A model generated the notes under the pieces. It was given only the letters and a program-made list of their open reading frames with translations, made no database searches and had not been told where the DNA came from. A DNA stretch of 56,535 bases from Thioalkalivibrio sp. Lineage in GTDB: Bacteria > Pseudomonadota > Gammaproteobacteria > Ectothiorhodospirales > Ectothiorhodospiraceae. This document shows positions 39,760 through 49,955 of this stretch, piece by piece. Within the stretch, counting starts at the first letter, position 1. Each line of letters opens with the position of its first letter. The DNA lies in assembly GCA_007692435.1 (NCBI GenBank), contig RECA01000088.1, positions 1 through 56,535 of the forward strand, read 5' to 3'. The position numbers and the translations under genes are program-made.

Positions 39760-41067
39760 ATGACCACCACCTTCAGCGTGGAACCCGGGGGTTCCCTGCA
39801 CGGTGACCTTCGGGTACCGGGCGACAAGTCGATTTCGCACCGATCGATCATGTTCGGTGCGCTCGCGGAGGGCCGCACGCGGGTCAGCGGCTTCCTCGAT
39901 GGCGAGGACTGCCTGGCGACACTCGCCGCCTTCCAGGCGATGGGCGTCCCGATCGAGCAGCCGGAGCGTCAAACCGTGGTCATCGACGGCGTCGGGCTCA
40001 ACGGCCTTCGGAAACCGCCGGCGCCCCTGGACATGGGCAATTCCGGTACCGCGATGCGGCTGATGTGCGGGGTGCTGGCCGGCCAGCCCTTCGACAGCGT
40101 CCTGATCGGCGATGCCTCGCTGAGCCGGCGTCCGATGCGCCGGGTCACCGGCCCGCTGGCGGAGATGGGTGCCCGCATCGATACCGGGGAGAACGGGACG
40201 CCGCCGCTGCACGTGCACGGCGGCCAGCGCCTCCGGGGACACCGGCACACCCTGGCCGTGGCCAGCGCCCAGGTGAAGTCGGCGCTGCTGCTGGCTGGGC
40301 TGTGGAGCGAGGGCGAGACCTGCGTCACCGAGCCGGCCCCCACGCGCGATCACACCGAGCGGATGCTGACGGGCTTCGGCTACGGCCTGCACCGGGACGG
40401 TCGCCGGAGCTGCCTGCGGGGTGGCGGCCGGCTCGGCGCCTGCGCGGTGGAGGTGCCGGCGGACATCTCCTCGGCGGCCTTCTTCCTGGTCGGCGCGAGC
40501 ATCGCTGAAGGGTCGGATCTGCTGCTTCGCCACGTCGGCGTGAACCCGACGCGCACGGGTGCGATCGAGATCCTGCGGCTGATGGGGGCCGCCATCGAGG
40601 TCCTCGATCCACGCGAGATCGGGGGCGAGCCGGTCGCGGACCTGCGGGTGCGCTCGGCGCCGTTGCGCGGCGTCCGCATCCCGCGGGAACTGGTGCCTTC
40701 GGCAATCGACGAGTTTCCGGCCCTGTTCGTGGCCGCGGCCTGCGCCGAAGGGGAGACGGTGCTGGCCGGTGCCGAGGAACTGCGGGTGAAGGAGAGTGAC
40801 CGGATCCAGGTGATGGCGGACGGACTCGCCGGTCTCGGGGTTCGCTGCGAGGTGCTGCCGGACGGCATCCGGATACGGGGTCGGGCCGCCCTCGATGCCG
40901 GAACGATCACGAGCCACGGCGATCACCGGGTCGCGATGGCCTTCGCGATGGCCGCGCTGCGCGCGCGAGGACCCATCGTGATCCGGGACTGCGACAACGT
41001 GGCGACCTCGTTTCCGGGCTTCGCCGGGCTGGCCGCCGGCGCCGGGCTGGGGATCCGGGTCACATGA
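39760..41067 (+). CDS. aroA: 3-phosphoshikimate 1-carboxyvinyltransferase (class II EPSPS)
   Basis: PGDKSISHR, SAQVKS, RDHTE, NPTR, RVKESDR, DHRVAM. Confidence 0.98.
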   Translation: MTTTFSVEPGGSLHGDLRVPGDKSISHRSIMFGALAEGRTRVSGFLDGEDCLATLAAFQAMGVPIEQPERQTVVIDGVGLNGLRKPPAPLDMGNSGTAMRLMCGVLAGQPFDSVLIGDASLSRRPMRRVTGPLAEMGARIDTGENGTPPLHVHGGQRLRGHRHTLAVASAQVKSALLLAGLWSEGETCVTEPAPTRDHTERMLTGFGYGLHRDGRRSCLRGGGRLGACAVEVPADISSAAFFLVGASIAEGSDLLLRHVGVNPTRTGAIEILRLMGAAIEVLDPREIGGEPVADLRVRSAPLRGVRIPRELVPSAIDEFPALFVAAACAEGETVLAGAEELRVKESDRIQVMADGLAGLGVRCEVLPDGIRIRGRAALDAGTITSHGDHRVAMAFAMAALRARGPIVIRDCDNVATSFPGFAGLAAGAGLGIRVT

Positions 41068-41753
41068 CGGCGGTACTCGCGATCGACGGGCCTGGCGGTG
41101 CCGGCAAGGGGACGGTCAGCAAGCGGCTCGCGGAAGCCCTCGGCTGGCACCTGCTGGACAGCGGGGCGCTGTACCGGTTGGTCGGACTTGCTGCACGCAA
41201 ACGCGGGATTGACCTCTCAAATGTTACGCAACTGGCGGAAATTGCCAGGAACCTGGATGTTGAATTCCGCGTTGCGGAGGCGGGCGAGCTGGTCCGGACG
41301 TGGCTCGAGGGTGAACAGATCGATCATCTCCTGCGCACGGAGACCGCGGGCAGCGATGCGTCGGTCGTGGCCGCGATCCCCGAGGTGAGAGCGGCACTGC
41401 TGCAGCGGCAGCGTGATTTTGCGGTCCCGCCGGGGCTGGTCGCCGACGGCCGTGACATGGGGACGGTGGTGTTTCCCGACGCGCATCTGAAGGTATTTTT
41501 GACCGCCTCCGTGGAAGAACGCGCACAAAGGCGTTACAAGCAGTTGATGGAACAAGGACTTAGTGCTAACCTTCGCGCCCTTCGGGAAGAGTTGGAGGCC
41601 CGTGACCGCCGGGATTCCGAGCGCGCGGCGGCTCCCCTGAAGCCGGCACCGGACGCCTGGATCCTCGATACCACCGGGATTGGCATCGATGAAGTGGTGG
41701 CGATGATCCGGGCGCGGCTGGCCGGCGTTTCGGCTTCCCGTGAATCGAAATGA
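41064..41753 (+). CDS. cmk: Cytidylate kinase
   Basis: IDGPGGAGKGT, DSGALYR, DGRDMGT. Confidence 0.98.
   Translation: MTAVLAIDGPGGAGKGTVSKRLAEALGWHLLDSGALYRLVGLAARKRGIDLSNVTQLAEIARNLDVEFRVAEAGELVRTWLEGEQIDHLLRTETAGSDASVVAAIPEVRAALLQRQRDFAVPPGLVADGRDMGTVVFPDAHLKVFLTASVEERAQRRYKQLMEQGLSANLRALREELEARDRRDSERAAAPLKPAPDAWILDTTGIGIDEVVAMIRARLAGVSASRESK
41544..41572 (+). promoter_or_regulatory. Putative rpsA promoter embedded in cmk
   Basis: TTGATG-N17-TAACCT with a TG extension and a GC-rich discriminator, in an AT-enriched patch of cmk. Confidence 0.6.
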
Positions 41754-41894
41754 AGTGACACGACACCGCAGTTTTGCTTGCCAAGTACCTACGAGATCTG
41801 TCGTCCATCGTCCCCGTTGCGACGGGGTGTGTTCAACCAAAGCCCGGGTGCGGCATCCCGCCGCAGACCGTCCAATCACAGGTTCAACAAATCC

Positions 41895-43571
41895 ATGAGT
41901 GAAAGTTTTGCGCAAATGCTCGAAGAGAGCATGGCCTACACCCAGATGCAGCCGGGTGCCATTCTCAGTGCCACTGTCATCCACGTCGGCCCCGATGTCG
42001 TCCTGGTCAACGCCGGACTCAAATCCGAGGGCGTGATCCCCACCGAACAGTTCATGAATGAACGTGGGGAGTTGGAAGTGCAGGTCGGCGACGTGGTCGA
42101 AGTCGCGCTCGAAGCCGCGGAAGACGGCTTCGGCGAAACCCGTATGTCGCGTGAAAAGGCCAAACGCGCCAAGGCGTGGGATCGCCTGGAAAGCGCCATG
42201 GAAGACGAGAAATATGTCGTCGGGCTGATCTCCGGCAAGGTCAAGGGCGGCTACACCGTCGAACTCGGCGACATCCGCGCGTTCCTGCCGGGTTCACTCG
42301 TGGATGTGCGGCCGGTGCGCGACACCGCGTACCTGGAAGGCAAGGAACTGGAATTCAAGCTGATCAAGCTGGATCGTCGCCGCAACAACGTGGTGGTCTC
42401 GCGCCGCGCGGTGGTCGAGCAGGAATACAGCGCCGAGCGCGAGGAACTGCTGAAGAACCTGCAGGAAGGCGTGGTCGTGAAGGGGATCGTGAAGAACCTC
42501 ACCGACTACGGCGCGTTCCTGGATCTGGGCGGCATCGACGGCCTGCTGCACATCACCGACATGGCCTGGAAGCGGGTCAAGCACCCCTCCGACGTGGTCA
42601 CCATCGGTGACGAGGTGGACGTGAAGGTCCTCAAGTTCGACCGTGAGCGCATGCGCGTCTCGCTGGGCCTGAAGCAGCTGGGCGAGGATCCGTGGGAGAA
42701 CATCACCCGCCGGTACCCGACCGGCACCCGCATCTTCGGCCGCGTGACCAACATCACCGACTACGGCTGCTTCGTCGAGATCGAAGACGGGGTCGAGGGC
42801 CTGGTACACGTCTCCGAGATGGACTGGACCAACAAGAACGTGAATCCGGGCAAGGCGGTCGCGATCGGCGACGAGGTCGAGGTGATGATCCTGGATCTCG
42901 ACGAGGAGCGGCGCCGCATCTCGCTGGGCATGAAGCAGTGCCTGCCGAATCCCTGGGAGGACTTCGCCGCCAACTACAACCGTGGCGAGAAGGTCCGCGG
43001 CGTGATCAAGTCGATCACCGACTTCGGCGTCTTCGTGGGCCTCGAGGGGGGCATCGACGGACTGATCCACCTGTCCGACCTCTCGTGGCAGGTCCCGGGC
43101 GAGGAGGCCATCCGCAACTTCAAGAAGGGCGACGAAGTGGAGGCGGTCGTGCTGTCGGTCGACCCCGAACGCGAGCGGATCTCGCTGGGCCTGAAGCAGC
43201 TGGACCGCGACCCCTTCTCGAGCTTCGTCGCGGAGCACACCAAGGGCAGCATCGTCTCCGGCGTGGTGAAGGAGGTGGATGCGAAGGCCGCCGTGGTGGA
43301 ACTGGCCGATGGGATCGACGGTATCCTGCGGGCGGCCGACATCTCGCGCGACCGCGTCGAGGATGCCCGAAGCGTGCTGAAGATCGGAGACAAGGTCGAG
43401 GCCAAGTTCATGGGGGTCGACAAGAAGACCCGTGCGATCAGCCTCTCGATCAAGGCAAAGGACTTCCAGGAAGAGGCCGAGATGGTGCAGGACTACAGCA
43501 GCACCGGCACCACCGCGACCACCTCGCTGGGCGAGCTGTTGAAGGAGAAGATGCGGGGCAGGGCGGACTGA
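41895..43571 (+). CDS. rpsA: 30S ribosomal protein S1
   Basis: [12 protein letters not shown] start; six S1 repeats ([24 protein letters not shown]). Confidence 0.99.
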   Translation: MSESFAQMLEESMAYTQMQPGAILSATVIHVGPDVVLVNAGLKSEGVIPTEQFMNERGELEVQVGDVVEVALEAAEDGFGETRMSREKAKRAKAWDRLESAMEDEKYVVGLISGKVKGGYTVELGDIRAFLPGSLVDVRPVRDTAYLEGKELEFKLIKLDRRRNNVVVSRRAVVEQEYSAEREELLKNLQEGVVVKGIVKNLTDYGAFLDLGGIDGLLHITDMAWKRVKHPSDVVTIGDEVDVKVLKFDRERMRVSLGLKQLGEDPWENITRRYPTGTRIFGRVTNITDYGCFVEIEDGVEGLVHVSEMDWTNKNVNPGKAVAIGDEVEVMILDLDEERRRISLGMKQCLPNPWEDFAANYNRGEKVRGVIKSITDFGVFVGLEGGIDGLIHLSDLSWQVPGEEAIRNFKKGDEVEAVVLSVDPERERISLGLKQLDRDPFSSFVAEHTKGSIVSGVVKEVDAKAAVVELADGIDGILRAADISRDRVEDARSVLKIGDKVEAKFMGVDKKTRAISLSIKAKDFQEEAEMVQDYSSTGTTATTSLGELLKEKMRGRAD

Positions 43572-43762
43572 GGGCTCCGTTCAGGGACTGCGCGGTTTGG
43601 TATCCGGGGAGGATGCCGGCCGCTGCAGTGCCGCGCCCCGGCAGGTGACGGTGCGGTGACCGGTTCTTTCGCCTGCCGCCATCGGAAGGGCCCGGGGGAT
43701 GACCCGAGGCGGCGCACATCGCGACCGTCGGCGGGCGAACAGCAAGACAAAAGGGGGTTGTG

Positions 43763-44062
43763 ATGACGAAGTCGGAACTCATCGAAAGGCTTGCCGAGAA
43801 GACCCCCCATCTTCCCGGCAAGGACGTGGAACTGTGCGTGAAGGCGGTCCTAGAGCGAATGAGCCAGGCGCTTGCTCACGGCGACCGGGTCGAGATCCGC
43901 GGCTTCGGCAGCTTCGCCCTGCATTTTCGTCCGCCGCGCGTCGGCCGTAACCCGAAGACCGGCAAGGGTGTCGCGCTTCCGGGGAAACACGTGCCCCACT
44001 TCAAGCCTGGCAAGGAACTGCGCGAACGAGTGAACCGAGCCTTCGCGGAAACCGATAATTGA
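43763..44062 (+). CDS. ihfB: Integration host factor beta
   Basis: [36 protein letters not shown]. Confidence 0.98.
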   Translation: MTKSELIERLAEKTPHLPGKDVELCVKAVLERMSQALAHGDRVEIRGFGSFALHFRPPRVGRNPKTGKGVALPGKHVPHFKPGKELRERVNRAFAETDN

Positions 44063-44069
44063 TCCCGTC

Positions 44070-45275
44070 ATGAGCGCGCAATGGCTCCTGCTGCTGCTGC
44101 CGGTGGCGGCAGCCAGCGGCTGGTACGCCGCGCGCTATGCGCAGGGCCGGCGGCGTCCGGTGCGCGAGCCTCCACTGGACCGTTACCTCGAGGGCGTCCG
44201 CTACCTGCTGGACGACCAGACCGACCGCGCGCTGCAGGCCTTCATCGAAGTGGTCGAGATTGACCACGAGACCTTCGAGACCCATCTGATCCTGGGCCGT
44301 CTCTTCCGCAGGCGCGGCGAGGTGGATCGGGCCATCCGGATTCACCAGAATCTCGCAGCGCGGCCGTCGCTGACCGACGCCCAGCGTGCGCAGGCAATGT
44401 ACGAAGCCGGGCGTGACTTCATGCTGGCCGGGGTCTTCGACCGGGCCGAAAGCGTGTTCCGGGAGTTGATGGATTCCCCCTCGGTCGGTCTGCGCGCGCT
44501 GGAGGGGCTGCAGAGCGTCCACGAGACCCAGCGCGACTGGTCCCAGGCGATCGAGATCGGGTTGCGCCTGCTGGACCAGGGTGGTGCCTCCGCGGCACTC
44601 CGGATTGCGCATTACGAGTGTGAACTGGCGCAGGAGGCACTGGCCCAGGAGCGAATCAGCGAAGCGCTGGAACACGTGGACCGGGCGATGAACCTCTGGC
44701 CAGGGTTGTCCCGGGCGTTGCTGCTTCGGGCCCGTGTGGCGGAGCTCAGCGGCGACATCCCGCTTTCGATCCAGCTCGAGCGGGAGGCGGTGGAGCGAAC
44801 ACCGGCGCTGGCCACGCTGGTGGTGCCCAAGCTCGAGCGTCTGCACCTCAGCGCGTCGCTGCCGCGTGGCTCCGTGAACTTCGAGGATACCCTGCGGGCG
44901 CTGGCCAACGACCAGAAGATCACCGTGGCGAGCATCGCGCTGATGCGTCTATACCGCCGTACCAATCGTCTGGACGAGGCGCTGACGCAGCTACACCGCA
45001 TCCTCGCCCAGCGCCCGGTTCCGACCTCCGGTCTGCTGGAGGCGGTCCGCTGGATGAAGATCCTGCCGGCCGTGCACACCTACAGCAGCGAATTCGCCGC
45101 CTTCGAGAAGGCCCTGATGGACCAGCTGCGAAGCCAGCCGCTCTACCAGTGCGGCAACTGCGGCTACCAGGGGCGTGCGCACGTCTGGCAGTGTCCGAGT
45201 TGCAGGCGCTGGGACACGCTGCGCGGCATTGATCTCGACCTCGATCAGCCGACCAACCAGACCTTCCAGGTGTAA
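44070..45275 (+). CDS. lapB: Lipopolysaccharide assembly protein B (TPR + rubredoxin)
   Basis: N-terminal [21 protein letters not shown]-terminal CGNCG...WQCPSC. Confidence 0.93.
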   Translation: MSAQWLLLLLPVAAASGWYAARYAQGRRRPVREPPLDRYLEGVRYLLDDQTDRALQAFIEVVEIDHETFETHLILGRLFRRRGEVDRAIRIHQNLAARPSLTDAQRAQAMYEAGRDFMLAGVFDRAESVFRELMDSPSVGLRALEGLQSVHETQRDWSQAIEIGLRLLDQGGASAALRIAHYECELAQEALAQERISEALEHVDRAMNLWPGLSRALLLRARVAELSGDIPLSIQLEREAVERTPALATLVVPKLERLHLSASLPRGSVNFEDTLRALANDQKITVASIALMRLYRRTNRLDEALTQLHRILAQRPVPTSGLLEAVRWMKILPAVHTYSSEFAAFEKALMDQLRSQPLYQCGNCGYQGRAHVWQCPSCRRWDTLRGIDLDLDQPTNQTFQV

Positions 45276-45280
45276 CGGGA

Positions 45281-45988
45281 ATGAACATGCAAAAAGGTCC
45301 GCAACTCATTGTTGCATTGGATTATCCCGACCGCAAAAGCGCGGAGGCGATGGCGGAGCGGCTGGACCCGGCCGCCTGCGCGGTGAAGGTGGGCTTCGAA
45401 CTCTTCGTGGCCGCCGGTCCGGGGCTCGTCGAGGCCCTGCAGGGACGCGGATTCCACGTCTTTCTGGACCTGAAGTTCCACGACATCCCGAATACGGTCG
45501 CGGCGGCCTGCCGGGCCGCGGCCCGGCTCGGCGTGTGGATCGTGAACCTGCATGCGAGCGGAGGACTCGAGATGATGCGGGCTGCCCGCGACGCGGTCCG
45601 GGAGGTGCGCCCCGAGACCCGGCTGATCGCGGTGACCGTGCTCACCTCGAGCGACGCCGCCACCCTGCGCGGCATCGGCATCGAACACGGTCCGCAGGAA
45701 CAGGTGCTGCGCCTGGCGGATCTCGCGGTGACACAGGCGGGGCTGGATGGTCTGGTCTGTTCCGCCCTGGAGGCGCCTGCCCTGCGGGCGCGACTCGGGG
45801 ATGCGCCGTGGCTCGTGACTCCGGGGATCCGGCCGGACGGTGGCGGCGGCGACGACCAGAAACGGGTGATGACGCCCGGCGCGGCCTTTGCCAACGGCGC
45901 GAGCCACATCGTCGTGGGGCGGCCGATCACCCGGGCGGCAGATCCCGCTGCGGCCGCGGAGGCGATACGCCGGCAGATCCCGGAATAG
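45281..45988 (+). CDS. pyrF: Orotidine 5'-phosphate decarboxylase
   Basis: [27 protein letters not shown]. Confidence 0.98.
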   Translation: MNMQKGPQLIVALDYPDRKSAEAMAERLDPAACAVKVGFELFVAAGPGLVEALQGRGFHVFLDLKFHDIPNTVAAACRAAARLGVWIVNLHASGGLEMMRAARDAVREVRPETRLIAVTVLTSSDAATLRGIGIEHGPQEQVLRLADLAVTQAGLDGLVCSALEAPALRARLGDAPWLVTPGIRPDGGGGDDQKRVMTPGAAFANGASHIVVGRPITRAADPAAAAEAIRRQIPE

Positions 45989-46104
45989 GCCGGAATAGGG
46001 AAGACCTGCCGGCGCGGGGTTGGCCCGGGCCGGTCCGGCGCGGTAAGATAAGCTCGGCGCCGGGATTGGCGCCGCCCTATCGACAAAGACATGGAGGTTT
46101 TCAG

Positions 46105-46365
46105 ATGAAAAAGCTGACTCTCGCCGTACTCATCCTGTTCATGGTCGCCGCTCCCGTGGCCTGGGCCATGGGACCTGTGAATGTGAACACCGCGACCGTC
46201 GAACAGCTGTCGGAACTCGGCAACATCGGTCCCGCGAAGGCGGCTGCGATCGTGTCCTACCGGGAGGAGCACGGGCCGTTCCGCTCGTTGCAGGAGCTCA
46301 CCCGGGTGTCCGGGATCGGTGAGCGCACCGTCGAGATGAACCTGGAGCTCATCGAGCTCGATTGA
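46105..46365 (+). CDS. comEA: ComEA-like helix-hairpin-helix DNA-binding protein
   Basis: Signal peptide, VNVNTA, NIGPAKAAAIVSYR..HGPF, VSGIG; GGAGG RBS. Confidence 0.92.
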   Translation: MKKLTLAVLILFMVAAPVAWAMGPVNVNTATVEQLSELGNIGPAKAAAIVSYREEHGPFRSLQELTRVSGIGERTVEMNLELIELD

Positions 46366-46375
46366 CGGCCAGCAG

Positions 46376-46407
46376 GGGGCGGCGCATCGGGGGATGCGTC
46401 GCCCCTT
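46376..46407 (+). terminator. GC hairpin after comEA
   Basis: GGGGCGGCGCATC-gggg-GATGCGTCGCCCC followed by only TT. Confidence 0.45.
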
Positions 46408-46433
46408 CAGCCACGACAAGAACCTGAGGCAAC

Positions 46434-47321
46434 ATGACGAAGAAACCGCAGAGTATCCGCATGGCCGTGTTTCCGGTCGCTGGCATGGGCACCCGCTTCC
46501 TGCCCGCCACGAAGGCGAATCCGAAGGAGATGCTGCCGATCGTGGACAAGCCACTCATCCAGTATGCAGCGGAAGAGGCGGTTGCGGCGGGCATCGAGAC
46601 CCTGGTCTTCGTCACCGGACGCAACAAGCGCTCCATTCCCGACCACTTCGACAAGGCCTACGAGCTCGAGACAGAACTCGCGGAGCGGGGCAAGGACAAG
46701 ATGCTCGAGCTCGTGCGCAATATCGTTCCGCCGGAGGTCACCTGCGTCTACGTCCGACAGACCGATGCCCTGGGCCTTGGGCACGCGGTCGGCTGCGCCC
46801 AGCCGATCGTCCAGAACGAGCCCTTTGCGGTGATCCTCGCCGACGACCTGATCGTGAACGACGGGAAGGGCGCCACCGCCCAGATGGTGGAGCGTTTCGA
46901 GGAGAACCAGTGCAGCATCCTCGGTGTCGAGGAGGTCCCGCGCGAGGACACCCACATGTACGGTGTGATCGATCCGGTCGCAACGGACACGACCGGTCTC
47001 TGGGATGTGCGCGGGATCGTCGAAAAGCCGCGCCCGGCCGATGCCCCCTCGAATGTGGCCGTGGTCGGCCGTTATATCCTGACCCCCCGCATCTTTGAGC
47101 TGCTCGACGAGCAGGAGCCCGGTGCGGGCGGCGAGATCCAGCTCACCGACGCGATCGGGGAGCTTCTGAAGGAAGAGCGCGTGACCGCCTACGAGTTTGC
47201 GGGTAGACGATACGACTGCGGCAACAAGCTCGGCTACCTGGAAGCCACCGTCGAACTCGCGCTTCAGCATCCCGAACTCAAGGACGATTTCAAGGCCTAT
47301 CTCGACCGCCGCGGGCTCTAG
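46434..47321 (+). CDS. galU: UTP--glucose-1-phosphate uridylyltransferase
   Basis: AVFPVAGMGTRFLPATKANPKEML, VEKP, GEIQLTDA, DCGNKLGY. Confidence 0.98.
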   Translation: MTKKPQSIRMAVFPVAGMGTRFLPATKANPKEMLPIVDKPLIQYAAEEAVAAGIETLVFVTGRNKRSIPDHFDKAYELETELAERGKDKMLELVRNIVPPEVTCVYVRQTDALGLGHAVGCAQPIVQNEPFAVILADDLIVNDGKGATAQMVERFEENQCSILGVEEVPREDTHMYGVIDPVATDTTGLWDVRGIVEKPRPADAPSNVAVVGRYILTPRIFELLDEQEPGAGGEIQLTDAIGELLKEERVTAYEFAGRRYDCGNKLGYLEATVELALQHPELKDDFKAYLDRRGL

Positions 47322-47433
47322 AGAGCCGTGCGCGAGGATCGGGACGCGATCGTTTCGCCCTACAACGAACCTGCCGCATCGTCCACCCGCGAATCGCGGG
47401 TCTGCTGACCCCGGTCTGCCGCACGAGCATCGT

Positions 47434-48228
47434 ATGCACTGGCAAGGTCATCTCGGCATCCTGCGCTCGCTGGTGATCTACTGGAGGCCCGGGCGCCAGC
47501 CCGGGTTGCGGCGCCTGTACCGTCCCTTCCTGCCCGCCGGCGCGCTCGTGTTCGACGTCGGTGCCCACCTCGGGGACCGGACCCGGGCATTCTCCGACCT
47601 CGGTGCCCGCGTGGTCGCCCTGGAGCCACAGCCTGACCTGTTTCGTTGGCTGCGCCGTCTGGTGGGGTCGCGGGAGGGCGTGACCCTGCGCCGGGAGGCG
47701 GTCGGCCGGCAACCGGGGGAGGCCAAGCTTGCGATCAGCCGCCGCACGCCGACCGTGTCCACGCTCTCCCGGGACTGGCAGAACGAACTGCACAGCCGCA
47801 ATGTGTCGTTCCGGGACGTGTCGTGGGAGGAATCGGTGTCCGTGCCGGTCACCACCCTGGATCGACTGATCGCCGAGTACGGGCTGCCGGACTTCTGCAA
47901 GATCGACGTGGAAGGCTTCGAGGCCGAGGTACTTGCCGGCCTGAGCCATCCGGTGCCGGGTCTGTCCTTCGAATTCGTGGCCGGAGCGCTGGAGATCGCG
48001 CTGGACTCGGTGGCGCAGCTGAATGCGCTGGGGCGCTACGAGTTCAACGCGATCGCCGGGGAGGGCCGCCGCTTCCTGTTCCCGCGCTGGCAGAGTGGCG
48101 GAGAGATCAGGGACTGGCTGGAGGCGGGCGCCGGCGAACTGCGCTCGGGTGATGTCTATGCCCGGCTGGTGGGCGCGGTCGGGGGTCAGGTGCCGGCTGC
48201 GGGCCCGGCCGGAGCCGGTCCCGCGTGA
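47434..48228 (+). CDS. FkbM family methyltransferase
   Basis: VFDVGAHLG, ALEPQP, TTLD, KIDVEGFE. Confidence 0.9.
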   Translation: MHWQGHLGILRSLVIYWRPGRQPGLRRLYRPFLPAGALVFDVGAHLGDRTRAFSDLGARVVALEPQPDLFRWLRRLVGSREGVTLRREAVGRQPGEAKLAISRRTPTVSTLSRDWQNELHSRNVSFRDVSWEESVSVPVTTLDRLIAEYGLPDFCKIDVEGFEAEVLAGLSHPVPGLSFEFVAGALEIALDSVAQLNALGRYEFNAIAGEGRRFLFPRWQSGGEIRDWLEAGAGELRSGDVYARLVGAVGGQVPAAGPAGAGPA

Positions 48229-48268
48229 TCGGCTTGACAGTCCGCCCGCCAGGGGGAAGGCTGCATCG

Positions 48269-49081
48269 ATGAACACCGACGGCTTCGTGCGCTGGCAGGA
48301 CCTGACCTCGCCCGAGATTCGTGCGCTGGTTCCGCGCGACCCGGTGGTCGTGCTGCCGCTGGCCGCGATCGAACAGCACGGCCCGCACCTGCCGCTGTCG
48401 ACCGATCTCGACATCGGCCTGGGACTGCTGGATGCGGCGGCCGAACACCTGCCCGAAGGCCTGTCGGCGGTCGTGCTGCCGCCAGTCGCGATCGCCACCA
48501 GCATGGAACACACGTCCTTCCCGGGCACCCTCAGCCTTGAACCGGAGACGGCGCTTGCGCAGATCCGCCAGCTCGGCGCCGCGGTGGCCGGGGCCGGGTT
48601 CCGCAGGCTGCTTTTCTGCAACAGTCACGGCGGCAACACGCAGCTGATGGATCTTGCCGGGCTGCGCCTGCGCCGCGACCATGGGCTGCTGGTGGTGAAG
48701 TGCAGTTACTTCCGGCTCGGGCTTCCGGACGATGTGGATCTTCCGGCCGGCGAGCTGCGGCATGGCTACCACGGCGGTGCCCTGGAGACGGCGATGATGC
48801 TGCACCTGGCCCCGGAACGGGTGCGCATGGAGCACCGCGCTCACCGCGTATCCATCGGGGCCCGTCTCGAGGAGGAGATGAGGTTTCTCGGCCCCGAGGG
48901 CCCGGCGTCGTTCTCGTGGATGACCCAGGACCTCCACCGCGACGGCGTGGTCGGCAACGCGCTGCTCGCCGATGCCGCGCTTGGCTCGAGGCTGGTCCGG
49001 CACTACGGTACCGCGATCGCGACGGTGATCCGCGAGACCGCGGCGTTCCCCCTCGATCTCTTGCGGCCGGATACACAGTGA
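48269..49081 (+). CDS. Creatininase / formamide-hydrolase family amidohydrolase
   Basis: Metal-ligand motifs IEQHGPHLPLSTD, NSHGGN and HGGALET. Confidence 0.92.
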   Translation: MNTDGFVRWQDLTSPEIRALVPRDPVVVLPLAAIEQHGPHLPLSTDLDIGLGLLDAAAEHLPEGLSAVVLPPVAIATSMEHTSFPGTLSLEPETALAQIRQLGAAVAGAGFRRLLFCNSHGGNTQLMDLAGLRLRRDHGLLVVKCSYFRLGLPDDVDLPAGELRHGYHGGALETAMMLHLAPERVRMEHRAHRVSIGARLEEEMRFLGPEGPASFSWMTQDLHRDGVVGNALLADAALGSRLVRHYGTAIATVIRETAAFPLDLLRPDTQ

Positions 49082-49151
49082 CGGCTGCGCGTCGCGTCGT
49101 CCGTTCCGTGCCGCGGGGGCGCTGCGCCCGGGTCACCGGGGTGGTCTTCGG

Positions 49152-49955
49152 ATGACCGGCGGCAACGGGGAGGACGCCGCGTGGGAGCGGATCCTGCAGA
49201 CGCGCGAGCGGCTTGGAATGCCCCGCACGCCCGGGGACGGCAGCGATCGGTTACGCGAGCCCGCGGACGGTGGTCACTCGCAGTTGGAGTCCATCTATCT
49301 GCCGCTGCTGCGTGGCGGTGGGCTGGTGATCGCGCAGCTCGGACAGACGCTCGACGGGCGGATCGCCACGCGAACCGGCCACTCGCACTTCGTCACCGGC
49401 CCGGCGGACATCGTGCATCTGCACCGCCTGCGGGCCCTGGTGGATACGGTGGTGGTGGGCGCCGGCACCGCGATCTCCGATGATCCGCAGCTCACCGTCC
49501 GCCAGGTGCCCGGCCGGAACCCGGTCCGTGTGGTGCTGGATCCCTCCGCGCGCGTCCCGCCGGACCGGCGCATGTTCCATGACCACCTGGCGCCAACGCT
49601 CTGGTTCGTTTCGCCGCAGGCCGATCCCGGACCGGTTCCCGGCGGCGTCGAGTTGCTGCGGCTCGAAGTGGGTCCGACGGGGTGCGGTTTTCACCCCCGG
49701 GACGTGCTGCGGGCGCTTGTTGCACGAGGACTGGAGCGGGTGCTGGTGGAGGGCGGCGGCATCACGGTGTCCCGGTTCCTCGATGCCGGTGTGCTGCACC
49801 GCCTGCATGTAACGGTCGCGCCGCTACTGCTGGGCTCGGGTCGGCCCTCCCTGACACTCGATCCGGTGGACAGGCTGGATCAGGCGCGCAGGCCCTCCTG
49901 CCGTCAGTTTTCGCTGGGCGACGACGTCCTGTTCGACCTGGAATTCGATCCCTGA
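49152..49955 (+). CDS. Stand-alone RibD-type pyrimidine reductase domain
   Basis: QTLDGRIAT, VGAGTAISDDPQLTVR, NPVRVVLD, LVEGGG, APLLLG. No deaminase domain. Confidence 0.92.
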   Translation: MTGGNGEDAAWERILQTRERLGMPRTPGDGSDRLREPADGGHSQLESIYLPLLRGGGLVIAQLGQTLDGRIATRTGHSHFVTGPADIVHLHRLRALVDTVVVGAGTAISDDPQLTVRQVPGRNPVRVVLDPSARVPPDRRMFHDHLAPTLWFVSPQADPGPVPGGVELLRLEVGPTGCGFHPRDVLRALVARGLERVLVEGGGITVSRFLDAGVLHRLHVTVAPLLLGSGRPSLTLDPVDRLDQARRPSCRQFSLGDDVLFDLEFDP

